Below are positions 41,274-54,000 of a stretch of DNA of 64,000 bases, one piece after another. The position numbers and the translations under genes were made by a program. The DNA is from Lama guanicoe. Lineage: Eukaryota. Below the pieces are notes generated by a model. That model saw only the letters and a list, made by a program, of their open reading frames with translations, was not told the origin of the DNA and ran no database searches. The stretch covers positions 265,846-329,845 of the forward strand of contig MU056737.1 in the NCBI GenBank assembly GCA_013239625.1, read 5' to 3'. Position 1 is the stretch's first letter; each line of letters starts with the position of its first letter.

Positions 41274-43783
41274 CCAGACTGCGTGTGGCCTCGTTCTCCC
41301 CATTTGCCTCCCTGCCCTTCCAGGAGCACCCCGTCGTCCCCCTCCCTGTCGCTGCCTTCTCACCTTCTGCGGTGCTTAGGGTTTTCTGCCCCCTATGCTC
41401 ACCTGAGGCCCCAGTAGTGTCCCCTCGCCCCTTAGGTGCATTTCTTTCAGGCCTTTCTTGCTGGGCTGCAGTTGACTTTGTCAGCAGCGCCGGCAGTGAA
41501 CCCCGACCCCAGGAGAGAGAGAGCTCCGTGTTTCCTCCTGGAAGCTCCTGCTGCTCCCCCGCCCCTGTCACCAGAGCATCTCCGCTGGTCTCCTTATTCT
41601 CCATATTCAGCTGCTAACCTCATGCCACACCCTGTACTGCCCAGAGTTCACCCAGAGAGAGAGGGCAGACGCACCAAGCCCCTCCCTAGTGTCTGGGAAC
41701 AAGCCATACGGCCAGAGGTACAGGGAGTGACACCATCCAGCCATCTGAGTGGCTAGATGTTTACCAGGGAGGGCAGTGCTTCCCTTGGCACTCGGGCCTA
41801 GGCTTGGCTTTTGAGAAACAGGAAGGAGGTAGGTCACTGATGGCAGAACAGCCCCCTCGACTCCCACAACCTCTTTCCAAACTGGAGGCAGAATCCAGAG
41901 TGTCTGCTTTTCCCCTGACTCTCCCTTAGTTATCTAGAAGGAAGACCTGGGAAAAACCCCTCTGTACCTGTTCTTGAAGGGTGAGGACTTGCTAAGTTAG
42001 GGCCCCCGCTCTCTGAGCCAGCCACTCCCCGTCCTGGAGCTGCTCTGCTGGTGGCCCCTGGGTGCAGGGTGCAGGTCTGGTGCTTTGCACGGGCACTGGC
42101 CTGTCGGGGAGGTAAATTAACCACGTTCCGCTACTGAGAGAGGAAACCAGATTTTATTTTCTTGGTCCACAGCCCCTTTTGCAAGGCTGATAAGAGCCTA
42201 ACTAAAGATAAGGGCAGAACAGAGATGAGCTGGGGTGTGTATAAAGATGAGTTCCTAGGCTCAAAAGACGCTAGCAAGCCTCACCTCCATGTTCCCTAAG
42301 GAAAAGCAGCAGCTTGAGTGGCTGAATACTGCCTGCTACAGTTTAGGAGGCTTCAGAGGTAAATCCAGGGAAAAAATGGCCGATCAGGGCCTTGGGTTTG
42401 CTAGTTCTCCTCCCTGTCCCCCTTCCCTCCCTGGGGGCAGAGCCAGAGGGCCTCTGCTCCAGTCCTAGACTTGTAGACACAAGTTCCTGATAACAAAATG
42501 ACAACAGCTCCTGTGATCCTTGACCTTTGCTTGGCTTCTTCCCTACAAAGACTCTCACCATGAAGTTGGCCTGTGTGGGGGACAGTGCAGTCTAAACCAG
42601 GAATGGGGTTGGGCTGGGCTATGTTTTTGTTTTTGTTTTAAGCCTGATTCTCAGGCCTTGCAGAAATTTAGCCAAAAGATAGAGAAGGCCCTGGACCTGT
42701 GTGTCCCAGCTGGGGAACTGACAGTCACTAGCGACCGGTCATGGCTCCAGGTTTTATCCTGTTTGGTGGCCAAAACCACCTAGGAGGAAAGAGCTGCCAA
42801 GTGTCCTGGTCTGCCCTTCCAGGAGTCGGGACCAGCAGCGATCTGCCCTCTAGCTTAGGCGAGGAGCTCTGCCAGGACTGGCCTGGGCTGTGCCCCCCTC
42901 CCTTCTCTGACCTTGCCTCACTCAGCCTATTGTTTTCCTCGATGGCTCTGTTCTGTTCCAGCTCTCCTCTTAAATCAACGTGGGCCATGTTTCTTCCCCA
43001 GAAGCCCCGTTAACCAGGATACCACCTTCAGCTGGTTTCTGTAAGAATTCTCTGCCTCCTGATGCCAGGTTAGGTATGTCTGTGCGGCCCGGCCCTACAG
43101 GTGGTGCAGGAGGGGAGTCCGGCCCTGAAGGGGGTGGGGGCGGCCAACAGCTTTAGTTGGTCTCATTTCCAGCTCGGTCTGCTCTGTTTCTTGCAAGTGC
43201 CCCTAAAGCCGCGTGTCCCCCATGTTGACCCTCCACTACAAATGCTGTTCCTTAATCTGCTCACAGAACTCCAGCCCCAAAGCCTCTAATTCCTATTTCC
43301 GTAGCTTATCTCCCACAGCACACACCCTTCCAGAACCATCACAGATTCATTCCTGCCTCATCCACTTTGCAGTGGGCCCTTTCAACCAATCTCATTCTAT
43401 AACAGAAGAGGATGTGCGATCCTAGGCTTTGTAAACGGTGCAGTGGCGTGAGGTGGGGTGGGAGGGCATTACAATTATTACTGTAAGAACAGAGACCTGG
43501 AAATGGGTCTTTGACCCTCATGTCTGCAATATCAGAGTGTCAGGGATGGACTAAGCTGCTGCGTCCTCTGCACAGAAAAGGACTTACTCACAGGCTCACA
43601 GGTGAGGCGGCTGAGCCCCCAGCCTGCCCTGGTCCCCGACAGGACTGATAACCTGGACCCCCCCTGCTAACCTAGGGTCAAGTACTTCATTTCCCCTCAT
43701 GATACAAAAGAGAGTGAATCCTCTATCCTGAAGTCTGCCAACTCTTCCAAAGAGCAGAAAGCAGAGGTGCAGAAGCTTGCCTG

Positions 43784-43789
43784 TTTAAT
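43784..43789 (-). terminator. Candidate GBX1 poly(A) signal ATTAAA
   Basis: ATTAAA on the minus strand ~730 nt past the stop, with T-rich sequence downstream; an alternative AATAAA lies at 42158-42153. Confidence 0.5.
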
Positions 43790-44520
43790 GGTGAAGAGAA
43801 AAGAGGTGCCGGTTAGGAGCACGAGGTCTGGAGGCGTGAACGGCGGGCAGTGCCCGGAGCGGGGAAGGACAGAGTGGAGGTAGATTACACAGAGGAGGTG
43901 GCGAGTGCTGAAAGGTTTCTAAGGAGGCTAGTGACAGTTCCACCTTGTTTGTTTGCGTGTCCTTGGACTAAAGACAGGCAAGATGGAGCCCACCCTAGGG
44001 CAGCAAGATGGAACTAAACTCTGGCTGAGGATCCAGGAAACACAGCTTTCCCAGTCCCTCTCAGGGGTGCAGACAGACAGGGATGGAGAGCTCCATATAT
44101 ACAAACTTTACACAAAATAAATAAGGAGCTGCGGTCAGCTTGGCTCGGTATCACCCAGATTCCTCCTGTCCCTGGCAGAAGTGACTCCAGGGCATTAGCC
44201 AGGAACCTCTCAGGTCCTGGGCATTTAAGAACCCGGTCCCTGCCCAGGAGCCCACCTCGGTCCCAGCAGCTCCTGAGAACCTAAGCCCAGTTAACTCTGA
44301 ATCCTCCAGTCCGGGGCGGGGGGGTTGTCTCTGGAATGGGCTTAGGGCCAAGTGCCCTCAACTAAGGTTGCCCAGAGAGCACCCCCAGAGCCACAGTCAC
44401 TGCCAACAGAGCCCCAGCCGAGGGCAGAACCACAGTGGTAGCTCCACTGGTCCCCAGACCCTACCCCAGTCTCGGAGCAGACTCAGGAAGTCCTTGGCCT
44501 TCAAGGTCCTTGGGGGCCGC

Positions 44521-45077
44521 TCAGGGCCGGGCCCCCTGCTCCATCTGTTGGTGCTGGCTCCGCACAGCAAACCTGTTGACGTGCACAGGGATGGGCACGA
44601 CAATCTTGGGGTTTCTGACAGGCTCCCCGGAGCGGCTGCTCACGTTGCCAGCCTTGATGCGCTTCCACTTGGCCCGGCGATTCTGAAACCAGATCTTGAC
44701 CTGCACCTCGCTGAGCTTGAGGGCGTGAGCGATCTGGGAGCGCTCGGTCAAGCTCAGGTACTTCTTGCAGTGAAACTCCTTTTCCAATTCCAAAAGCTGC
44801 TCGCTGGTGAAGGCGGTGCGGCGCCGCCGGCTTTTGCCCCCAGGAGCTGTGACTCCTGATGCTGCCGCTGGTGCCCCCTCCTCAGCTCCAGTCCCCAGGC
44901 TTCCCTTCAGCTTTGGTTTAGGTCCCAGGAGGGCCCCGGGCCCCCCTGCAGAACTGTCCAGGAAGCCGTCGTCCTCGCTGTCACCGCCCGAGCCCTCTTC
45001 CTCCTGCTCGCTGCCTGCCGGGTCTCCCGCTGGTGCCTCCAGCTTCTCCTCGTCTGAGCTGTACACCTTCCCCTCTG
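44521..45077 (-). CDS. GBX1: GBX1 exon 2 (homeodomain [60 protein letters not shown])
   Basis: ctccccacag|CAG acceptor; WFQNRR helix 3; TGA stop. Confidence 0.98.
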
Positions 45078-48000
45078 CTGTGGGGAGTGAGAACCGACGG
45101 GATGGGGAAGGCAAAGGCGAGGAGAAGGCAGACAGGTTGGAGGCGGCGCATGGCCAGGCGTAGACAGCACACAGCAGGGACAGCAGGGAGAGAGGGACGG
45201 GACGTGGAGGGGATGAGATGGGGAGGGAGGGGACACATCCGGGGTGGGGGGTGGGGAAGAGGTTCGGGAAGACAAAGAAATGGGAAGAAAGGTATTAACC
45301 AGCACAGACTTCACTACGGCAAAGTGGGGGAGGCAATAGGCATCTATCAAAAGAGCACTGTCCCCAGGACCGTGACCCCTCGAGTCTCCCCCCAAGCTCG
45401 TCTTGCTACCCACTAGCATCCCAGCTTTTCTCCAAACTCAGACCGAGGGCTTTCCACTCATTCACCACCCCTCCAAAGCCAGACCATGCCAGCTGCAGGT
45501 CCCAGAATGAAGCAGAGTGGAACCTGGCTTAGGCCCCTTTCAGCTGCTATAGGCTGGGGTGCACTGTGCAGGAGCAGTGACTTGCAGGACAGAAGGGGAG
45601 GCTGCGGCTGTGGCTGTGGCCTCTGCTTTTCTCCCAGGACTCCTCACCTGCCCAGTGGGAGGAGACAGGGCTAACCCCTATTCTGTCTCCCTTCTCTCTT
45701 CCCTGGAATCTTAAGAGTCTCATTTCCAGATGGAAACTTCAGGGTCATCTGATCTCCCACCTCACCCTCTCCTGCAATCTGGGTCCAAGAAATCTTATCC
45801 TCAATCTGGGTCCAAGAGTCAAAGGTTTCCACACCCTACCTTTCCAATTCCCCATAACCAGACCAGAACAGGGAGCGCCCCCAGCCATATGCCACCTTAC
45901 CAGTGGCCAGAGTTTTCTTCCAATTACTTAGCATCCAATTACTTAGCATCCCAGGACCCTGTCCACCCTTCTACTCAGTTTTAAAAAGACATCATCTCTT
46001 TTCCACTTGCCCTCTGAGAAGCACAAACAGCTGCTTTCTGCTCAAGTTCAGAATCCTGAAGAACCTACATTGTTGGTGGGAATGTAATTTGGTGCAGCCA
46101 CTATGGAAAACAGTATAGAAGTTCCTTAAAAAACTAAAAATAGACTTACCCTATGATCCAGCAATGCTACTCCTGGGCTTATATCTGGTGAAAACTAATT
46201 TGAAAAGACACAAGCACCCCAATGTTCATAGCAGCGCTATATACAATAGCCAAGACATGGAAACAACCTAAATGTCCATGGACAGATGACTGGATAAAAA
46301 GATGTGGTATATTTATATATAATATAAAATAGATATATACTATATATAAAATAGATAACAAGTTTATAGTATACAGCACAGGGAACTATATTCAATATCT
46401 TGTAATAACCTATATGAAAAAGAATCTGAAAATGAATACATGTATGTATATGTGTGACTGAACTATTATGCTGTACACCGGAAATTGACACAACACTGTA
46501 AACTGACTACAGGTTTTAAAAAAAGACGTGCAGCAAAGGTAAAGACAGAGAGGAAAATGGGAAAGGAGAAACTGTGACTCAGTGGTTTACTATTTGTAAT
46601 CACAGGCACAGAGACATTTTAATCCAAATATAATTCTAAAATTCAATTCAACCATTGGTTCTAATCTTCTTATCTATTGACATTTTGGTCAGAACTGCAA
46701 CTAATAATGCAGTATAAATATTTCTGTGTTTGAGTTCTACAAACTCCCTTGTTTTCTGCCCAAAGGACCAATAAGCAGTAGAACAAAAGTCAAAAGAAAA
46801 CCAGCCGATGAAAGAGCAAGAGAAAATGAATAATCCGCAAACTGAACAGTCAGCAACTTACCAAGAGAGTTCACTGTGTAAAGCTGGGGGGACTTCGTAA
46901 ATGTGGGGGTGCATCTATATCAACACATATCCCACGTACACAAGCGCATTCCGAGGCTGAGAATACAACCCAAAATGAAGGTGTGTGTGTGTCTAGACCA
47001 CATTCCAACGCTCAGAGCTTAGCTGGCTCTCCTCCCTAACCCCTGTCCATCTGCCTGCGCGACAGCAAGAACTTCCCTGGGCCTCCAGGACCAGCCCAGT
47101 AGCTTTCAAGTCCCTTCCCTGTCCCCAGAGTTGTCCTTTCCCCTCACTGATGCAGTCTACACTTGCTCAGTTTCCTCAAGAACATTTCCTTAGAGGCCAG
47201 AATTCAGCCCGTGTCCAGATCACCCACCTCCATCTCAATCAGTGTTTGCACACCTCATGGGTATTTTTAAGCCCGGGCCCCTTCCTTTTCTTCTGGGAGT
47301 GCTTCATTCTTTATCTCACCTTCTCAAACCCACGTGGCACAGCCTAGTTCAGCCTCACCTGGACCTCCACCTCTGATGCTGTTCCTGCTCACTGCTCTCC
47401 ACCAGCAGCTGGTCCCCGTTCCCTCCCACGGCTCACCCAAGCCGCACCAGCACCCAGCTCCGTGACCTGTCCGTGGAGAAACAGCCTGTCCACGGACGAC
47501 GTGCTCCTCACGACGCCCGCCTCACTTACCCCGGGCTTTCTCCCCAGTCTCATCCCCAGCCGAAGCCTGTTTAATTTCAGCAAGATTCATGTCCTTAGTT
47601 TCCCCTTTCATCTCCTTCAGGGCCCTTCCCCGCACTGTTTTCCACTTCCCTGGAACTCAAGCTTAACATTTCCCAGACTGAACTCCCCATCTTCCTCCCA
47701 AGACAGCCCCTCCCCATCTGAACCCATGTCTTTCCCATCTCAGTTAACGGTAACTCCATCCTCCCTGTGTTCAAACCAAACCTTCACTCTCTCTCACCAC
47801 CCATGCCCAGCCACCAGCCAATCTTGGCAGTGACGCTGCCTTGAAAATACACCCAGACCCTGACTTCTCACCACCTTCTCTGTGTCCAGTGAGCCTCAGT
47901 CACCCTCATCTCTTACCTGGCTCGTTGACATTTCCTCCAAACTGGTTTCCCTGCTTCTGCCCTTCACACTCTGGTCCCCTGCCCCTCCCCTAGATCATTC

Positions 48001-51000
48001 TTCTTTCTGTTTAGAATACTAAATTCTTCACCTAGGTTTTTGCACTGGCTCATTCTCTATTTCCTTCAGGTCTTTACTTTATCAGCGAGACCTTCCCTGA
48101 TCATCCTTTTTAAAATTAAAACTCCCAGTACTCCCTGTCTCCCTTCTCTGCTTTATTTGTTGCTATATTACACGTCACCAACTTTATTCTTTTGTGTTGA
48201 CTGTCCCTTCCTATTAGAATATAAGCATCACAAAGGTACAGATTTTTAATATGTCTTTACAGCTGTATCTTCAGCATCTGGAAAATTACCTGCACAGAGT
48301 AGGCGCTCAATACATATTTGTTGACTAAATGAAACTGTTCCCAAGCGCTTTCTCACTCTCCATCTCTGTCCTTCCCTTCTCAGGCCTCTCCTAGAGTACC
48401 CCCTCCACCCTGCTCCCCACATCCCAGCTACGGGTACAAGACACCCCCTCCATGAATATTGTTCCACCCACTTTTCAGCATGTCCTCTGAGCTCACGTTT
48501 GCTGGAGAGGAGCCCGTCTGCAGTGGGAGTGTACAGGCTCTTACGCAAAAAGAAATCAAGAGCAATCCCCCACGTTGATATTAAATCCTCTAACTTTTAA
48601 TGTCTAATGTTTAAAAGATGGTTTTCAGGAAATAATAACAGAAAGAATAACAATAGCATGTAAAAACTCAGCCCAAGATTACAATATTTTAAACAGCTGC
48701 TTTAAGGCAGAGACTGGATTTCATGGCTTGAAAGATGAAATCATTTAGCACAGCTCCAAGCACCCAGGGGGTGACCAATAAATCTAAATTGATGATGATT
48801 GAGATGAGGTTCCCAGGTTCCTTGATCTGGCAGGGCCCTCCTGAGATCATGTCATCCATCCCTCTGTCTTCAGACAGATCCCATAAAATCAAGCCCACGG
48901 CAGCGGGCCACCCTCAGGGCCGCTTTTAAAGCCATCCAAGGAGCCGCGGTTCACAGCCTCTCTTGGCTACTTGATCCCAGTGGGGTCCTGAGTGGCAGGG
49001 GCAAGGGTTTCTTTCTGAACCTTTATAACCATGACATTGAGGGGTCTGATACGCAACTCGTGTAAGGAGATGGGGGCGGGGAAGAAAAGAAAGCAACCGA
49101 GGCGGGAAACACAGCTCGGCTCTCAGAGGAGAGGGCCTGGGACAGCGAGAGAGCCGGAGGAGGGAGAGAGAAGGAAAGGCAAAGAGGGCAGGAAGAGGGC
49201 TGGGGCAGGAGAGAAGGGCAGACACAGGGGCAGGAGAATTAAATGACAAATCAAAGAAACGGAAAGGGCTGAAAATAGAAAAAAATAGAAAAAAAACCAG
49301 AAAACAGAAAAATAGGGGAAAACATCAGGGGAATAAAAGAGTCAAAAGCTTAAAACAAACAAAAAAACCCCTACCTTTTTTTGCCCTAAACAATGATGCA
49401 TTTGGAGCAAAGCAAAACATTTTGGCCCTGCTGTTTGCTCTTTGCTCCACCAGCAGACGGAGCAGTTCAGAATGCAGCACCCAAAGTGATGGAGACACAC
49501 CTGGGAGGTTTGGATGAGCGGTACGGTGGTGCAGTCCCTGACAGAGTGGCGAGCCTGAAACAGCTTTACTACCTCCTCATGAATTAGCTGGGAAAATGCA
49601 AACTATTTTCTTTATCCAATTCATAATGAATATTAATAGTAAATATACAAAAATTACACATGGAAAAATGGGGTTTGGACTAAAATTGACAGAAGCACAC
49701 CTTGTTGATAAAAATTCTACTTGGTTTAGAATAATTGGATCTGGTAGATATTATGTCCATAAAAGTCAATGTCTAACTGCAGATTCTATAACTGACTGAT
49801 ACGGACAAAAAAATTGATCAACAAAACATCACTGAAAATTTTATGTGGGAAATAATAATCTGGATGAGAATAATTTTTAGCAAAAGGAAAAAATTTTAAT
49901 TGGAAATAGTTTGTGCAAGGTAGGTAGGCCAAACAGATAGAAAGGTCTGTCCTTTGCGTGTGACAATGACACCACTGGAAATAGAAGAGTACAGTGTTTT
50001 CAGCTTGTTCCCTGTGGGTACGTCTAGAGTCTGTGGAAACCTGGGCTATCTACCCAGGGGAAACCACTGTGGGGCAGACCGGTTAGTAGGAAACATTCGG
50101 GGTTCACGTGAACTCTGCTGGCAGATGCCATTATCCTGGGAAGCAGCCATCACAGGGTTTGAACCATGATGACTGGGGAGTCCAGGCCAGGGGCATTATT
50201 CCCACCCGAGAGCAGCACTCAGGCTGCAGAGGTGCCCCTGCGTGGGGCCTACCTTATAAGAGGAAGAGAAGCCCTAACTTGTTATTGAGTCAGGTCAGAC
50301 TGTGGAAGAAATCAGAGGCCAAGGAATCCACGGCAGGTGTTCTCCAGTAGAAAGAATAAACCACACCAGACTCACACAATCGAGAGAGGGGGTCTGCGGC
50401 GGCAGTCACCAAGGACGACGGGCCCGGGTCGTGGAGTGGAAAACACCTGGGGAGTGGAGGACCACTGCAGACCCCCAGTGAGGAGGACTCACAGAGCCTC
50501 CGTGCTGTCACTCATCCACCCTGCTCTGTTCTAGTTTGTATAAGATCAACAGGCTTTAGTCTTCACTCAGGAGAAGCCCCTCCCCATCACGCTCAGTTCT
50601 CAGTTCTCTTCCCTCCATTTAAAAAATGACTGGGGTCAGGAGGGGATAGCTCAGTGGTAGAGAGCGTGCTTAGCGTGCACAAGGTCCTGGGTTCAATCTC
50701 CAGTCCCTCCATTTAAAAAAAAATGACCCTCACACTCCCCAAACCACTCCCAGGACAATTGCTCAGCTTCCCAAATGCAGACCCAATTTGGGTGGGGTCA
50801 AAAGGCAGGGAAACACCCAGGCTGGCCGGCACCCCCATTTCTAAATCCTCATTTTATCATCATGCCGGTACAGAATTATTTCTCTGTTCTTTTTGGAGAC
50901 AGTACTTTCTTCCACCTTTTAGAGCAACTAGCTCACTTTCAACTTGTTTTTCATCCCCGTTAACTTCATGCCCCCATGATGCTACTGCTCCTTCTATAAC

Positions 51001-54000
51001 TTTCGGTCCAATAAGGAAAATCCATTTTCAGTCTCTCTCTCTCCACTTTGCCCCGGCTCTCCAGCATTCTCTACTCCAAATCAACATGAGAATTTGCTCT
51101 GCCTCACTGCCACCTTCGTAAGTTCACAGCAATTTCGCCACCACCCCGAGCTCAGAGCTCCCTCCATGGCACTCCTGTATGACCTTTAACTTTCCCAAAC
51201 ACTTTCACACTTACTATTTCATCTTCAAGCAACTCACTGGAGTAGAGTTGACCTATTATTAGTAGTAATGGGAGGTTAAATGATTAAATCACCCCATGTC
51301 ACACAGCTAGGACAGAGCCATGTCTGGAATCCTGGGCTCCTAAACCTCCAGCCAATGTGCTTTCCGTCCTTTGCAGTAAAATATCTTCTCCTCCCCACCA
51401 CATGAAGTCAAAGTCCTTCCCAGACGCCTCATCAGATAAAAGACCTTCCCATCAAATCCAGCTTTAGTGGAGCCCTCATTCCTTTCACTTACCCCTCCAG
51501 ACCTCTAGCCTAGTCATTAACATCTTCCCTTAACACTCTTAGAGAGGATTCTTACAGCTGCCACTGGGGAGGCCTCACTCCCCAGATCAGGCTGTTTCTC
51601 CCATCATTCCCCAAGAAGACTTGCCCACCAGATCTCTCTATCTTTTCTGTCATTATCTGTTTGTATGATGTCATCTTACCAGTCAGCGTATCTTTTACTC
51701 AGAAATGTATTTTCTCACTTAAAAAATAATATTGCCCAATTATGGGAACGGATTTAATATCAATTTTCTCTAGCTTCTAACATACAGTAGGCTCTCTGAT
51801 CCTCAGGGACGGCTTTCTCTTGTACAGGAATTGAAGGAGAGACGTTTTTCTCCCATCTTCGTCTCTCTCCACCTGCCGCACGACGGAACTCTCCTCAGCA
51901 CTTCACTCCCAGCCTGCACCACTGCAAGGGCTGCTTGTCCGGCCAGGGAGGAGGCTTTCCCCGCTAATACTGAAAGGGAGCGAAAGGCACCTTCTCTGCT
52001 TCCTTCCTGGTTGAGGCAGACACCGGATTGAGGTTTGTTTCTGTCTGCCCAGCATCCCTGCCCTCTTCTGACCTCTCTCAGCACCCCTTCCCTGGGGCAC
52101 TGTGCCGCATCACCTGCCCAGGCCGGAGGGGCTGTCAATTCCATTCCCCCAGCTTCACGACTGCAGAGGAAGGTGACCTGGACCTGACCAACCGCACATC
52201 CCATCCCCCTGGGACTTGACTCAGCTAGTTAACTGGTCACAACACACACACACACACACACACACTCTGCCGGGGTACCAGCCTGGGATTATAAAACTGA
52301 GACTTGCTGTGCTTCTGCCCTCCCCTCGCCTCTGGGGAGGAGACAAAGAGGCAAAGGCAGACAGAGGAGTCAGATTCAGAACAAGAAGAAAAGACCAGAC
52401 CACACTGTTTGCATTTCTGGATCTGCTCCTGTGCTTCACAGTCACGTGAATCAATAAATGTCCATTTTAGCTTAAATTAGAGCTGAGCTACTGTCACTGG
52501 CAACCCAGAGCGTTCTGACTACCTACGATGCTATAACTGGAAGTGACAATAATCGCATGACTCCAGGGAAAGCAAGCCTCTCCGCCGTGCTCCCGCAACT
52601 CTCCCACCCAAGACAATTTTGCCAGAAAGGTGGGAAGAAACCCAGGTAGGTCATCCCTCAAATTATTCATAATAACACCACTGAAAATTCCACAAGTTTG
52701 AAATTCATTTGGACTTTAAAAAGACCTCTTTAATCCATCTGAGTGTGAATTACTTAATCCTAACAACTGAACTGAGATCAGACACACTAGGGGATAGGAA
52801 TTCTGATGAAGGAAAAAAGGAGAGGCTTTTTGTTTGTTTGTTTGTTTTCTTCTTCGGGTGGGGGGGGCTTGTTTATTTTAACGGGGAGAAAGGAAGGCCA
52901 GGCCCCGTGGGGCACAGCAGAGTCCACAGAGCAGAGTCTCACCAACATGTGAGACAGGAAAACCGAAAGGAGGGAGAAAGAGCCAGAACCAAAACATGAA
53001 ATCTACCCTTATTAGATTCCCACCGTGTTCTTGCCTGGCAGACCCGCTGTAGACAGATCCCGGAGCACAGCACTGCTTCCAGCACCACTCCCGGAGACGT
53101 GTGTCCTTTTCAGTATAGAGAGTGTCACCTCTCATAATTCCTAGTAAAGAGGTCTTTCCCAGCTTGATGCCCAGGAGAGCTCCCCATCCTCTCCAGTCCA
53201 TGGCGGCACTGGTAACTTCTTACACCTATTCCTTTAGGATGCTGGACAGTTATCTCCTCATTCAATCCTTAACTCTGGGAGGTAAGTCCTGTCGCCCTTA
53301 GTTTACTGGTGAAAGAACGGAGACACAGAGGTCAGCATTTTGCTGCAGATCACAGAAAAGGGTGGGGCCGAGGTCTGTGTCCAGACGTCGTCCCTCTGGG
53401 CTACACCACACCTCTCTGTTACCACCAAGTAGAAAAGAGACTGAGCTCCACGGTCACTCAATCATAAACAGCGCAGCACGTGGAGAATTAATTCAGAAGA
53501 CCAGGAACGGATTCACAGCACAGCTTCTGTCCTCCTCATCCCCTGGAGGGCACTGCTTCCTCGCCAGGCCACATCGGTCTCAACTGACCCCTAGTCTTTC
53601 CGGCCTAAAGAAGATCTGCTCCTCCCCCCAATCAGACGTCTCCCTCATTCAGCATGACACCCTACATGGCCACTGCTCGGCAGCACCGCCCCATCCCAGA
53701 GACACAGCCTTTTCTATTCTAAAGCCCAGCCCTGATTTCACCTCCAGATGTGCGTCTCCAGGCCCACCTGCCTCCTCCGCTCAGCTAGCCGGGCAACTCA
53801 GCACTGAGCACTGCAGAATCTCTCCCCAGTCCCTCCACTCAGGATGCCTTTTTTTTTTTTTAAGGAAATAGTTCATTAACAAAGGTATCTTTACAGACAA
53901 AAAACAGAATTGTACAGCTGGAGCTGGAAGTGACCTTAGAGATACCCTAATTCCAACCCTTAGTTGTACTGATGAGGAGGCTGAGACCCAGAGGTGTGGT

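Noticed and set aside
44368-45163. + strand ORFs over GBX1 exon 2, and those over 60176-61854
   Set aside because: Antisense shadows of GC-rich coding or CpG-island sequence.
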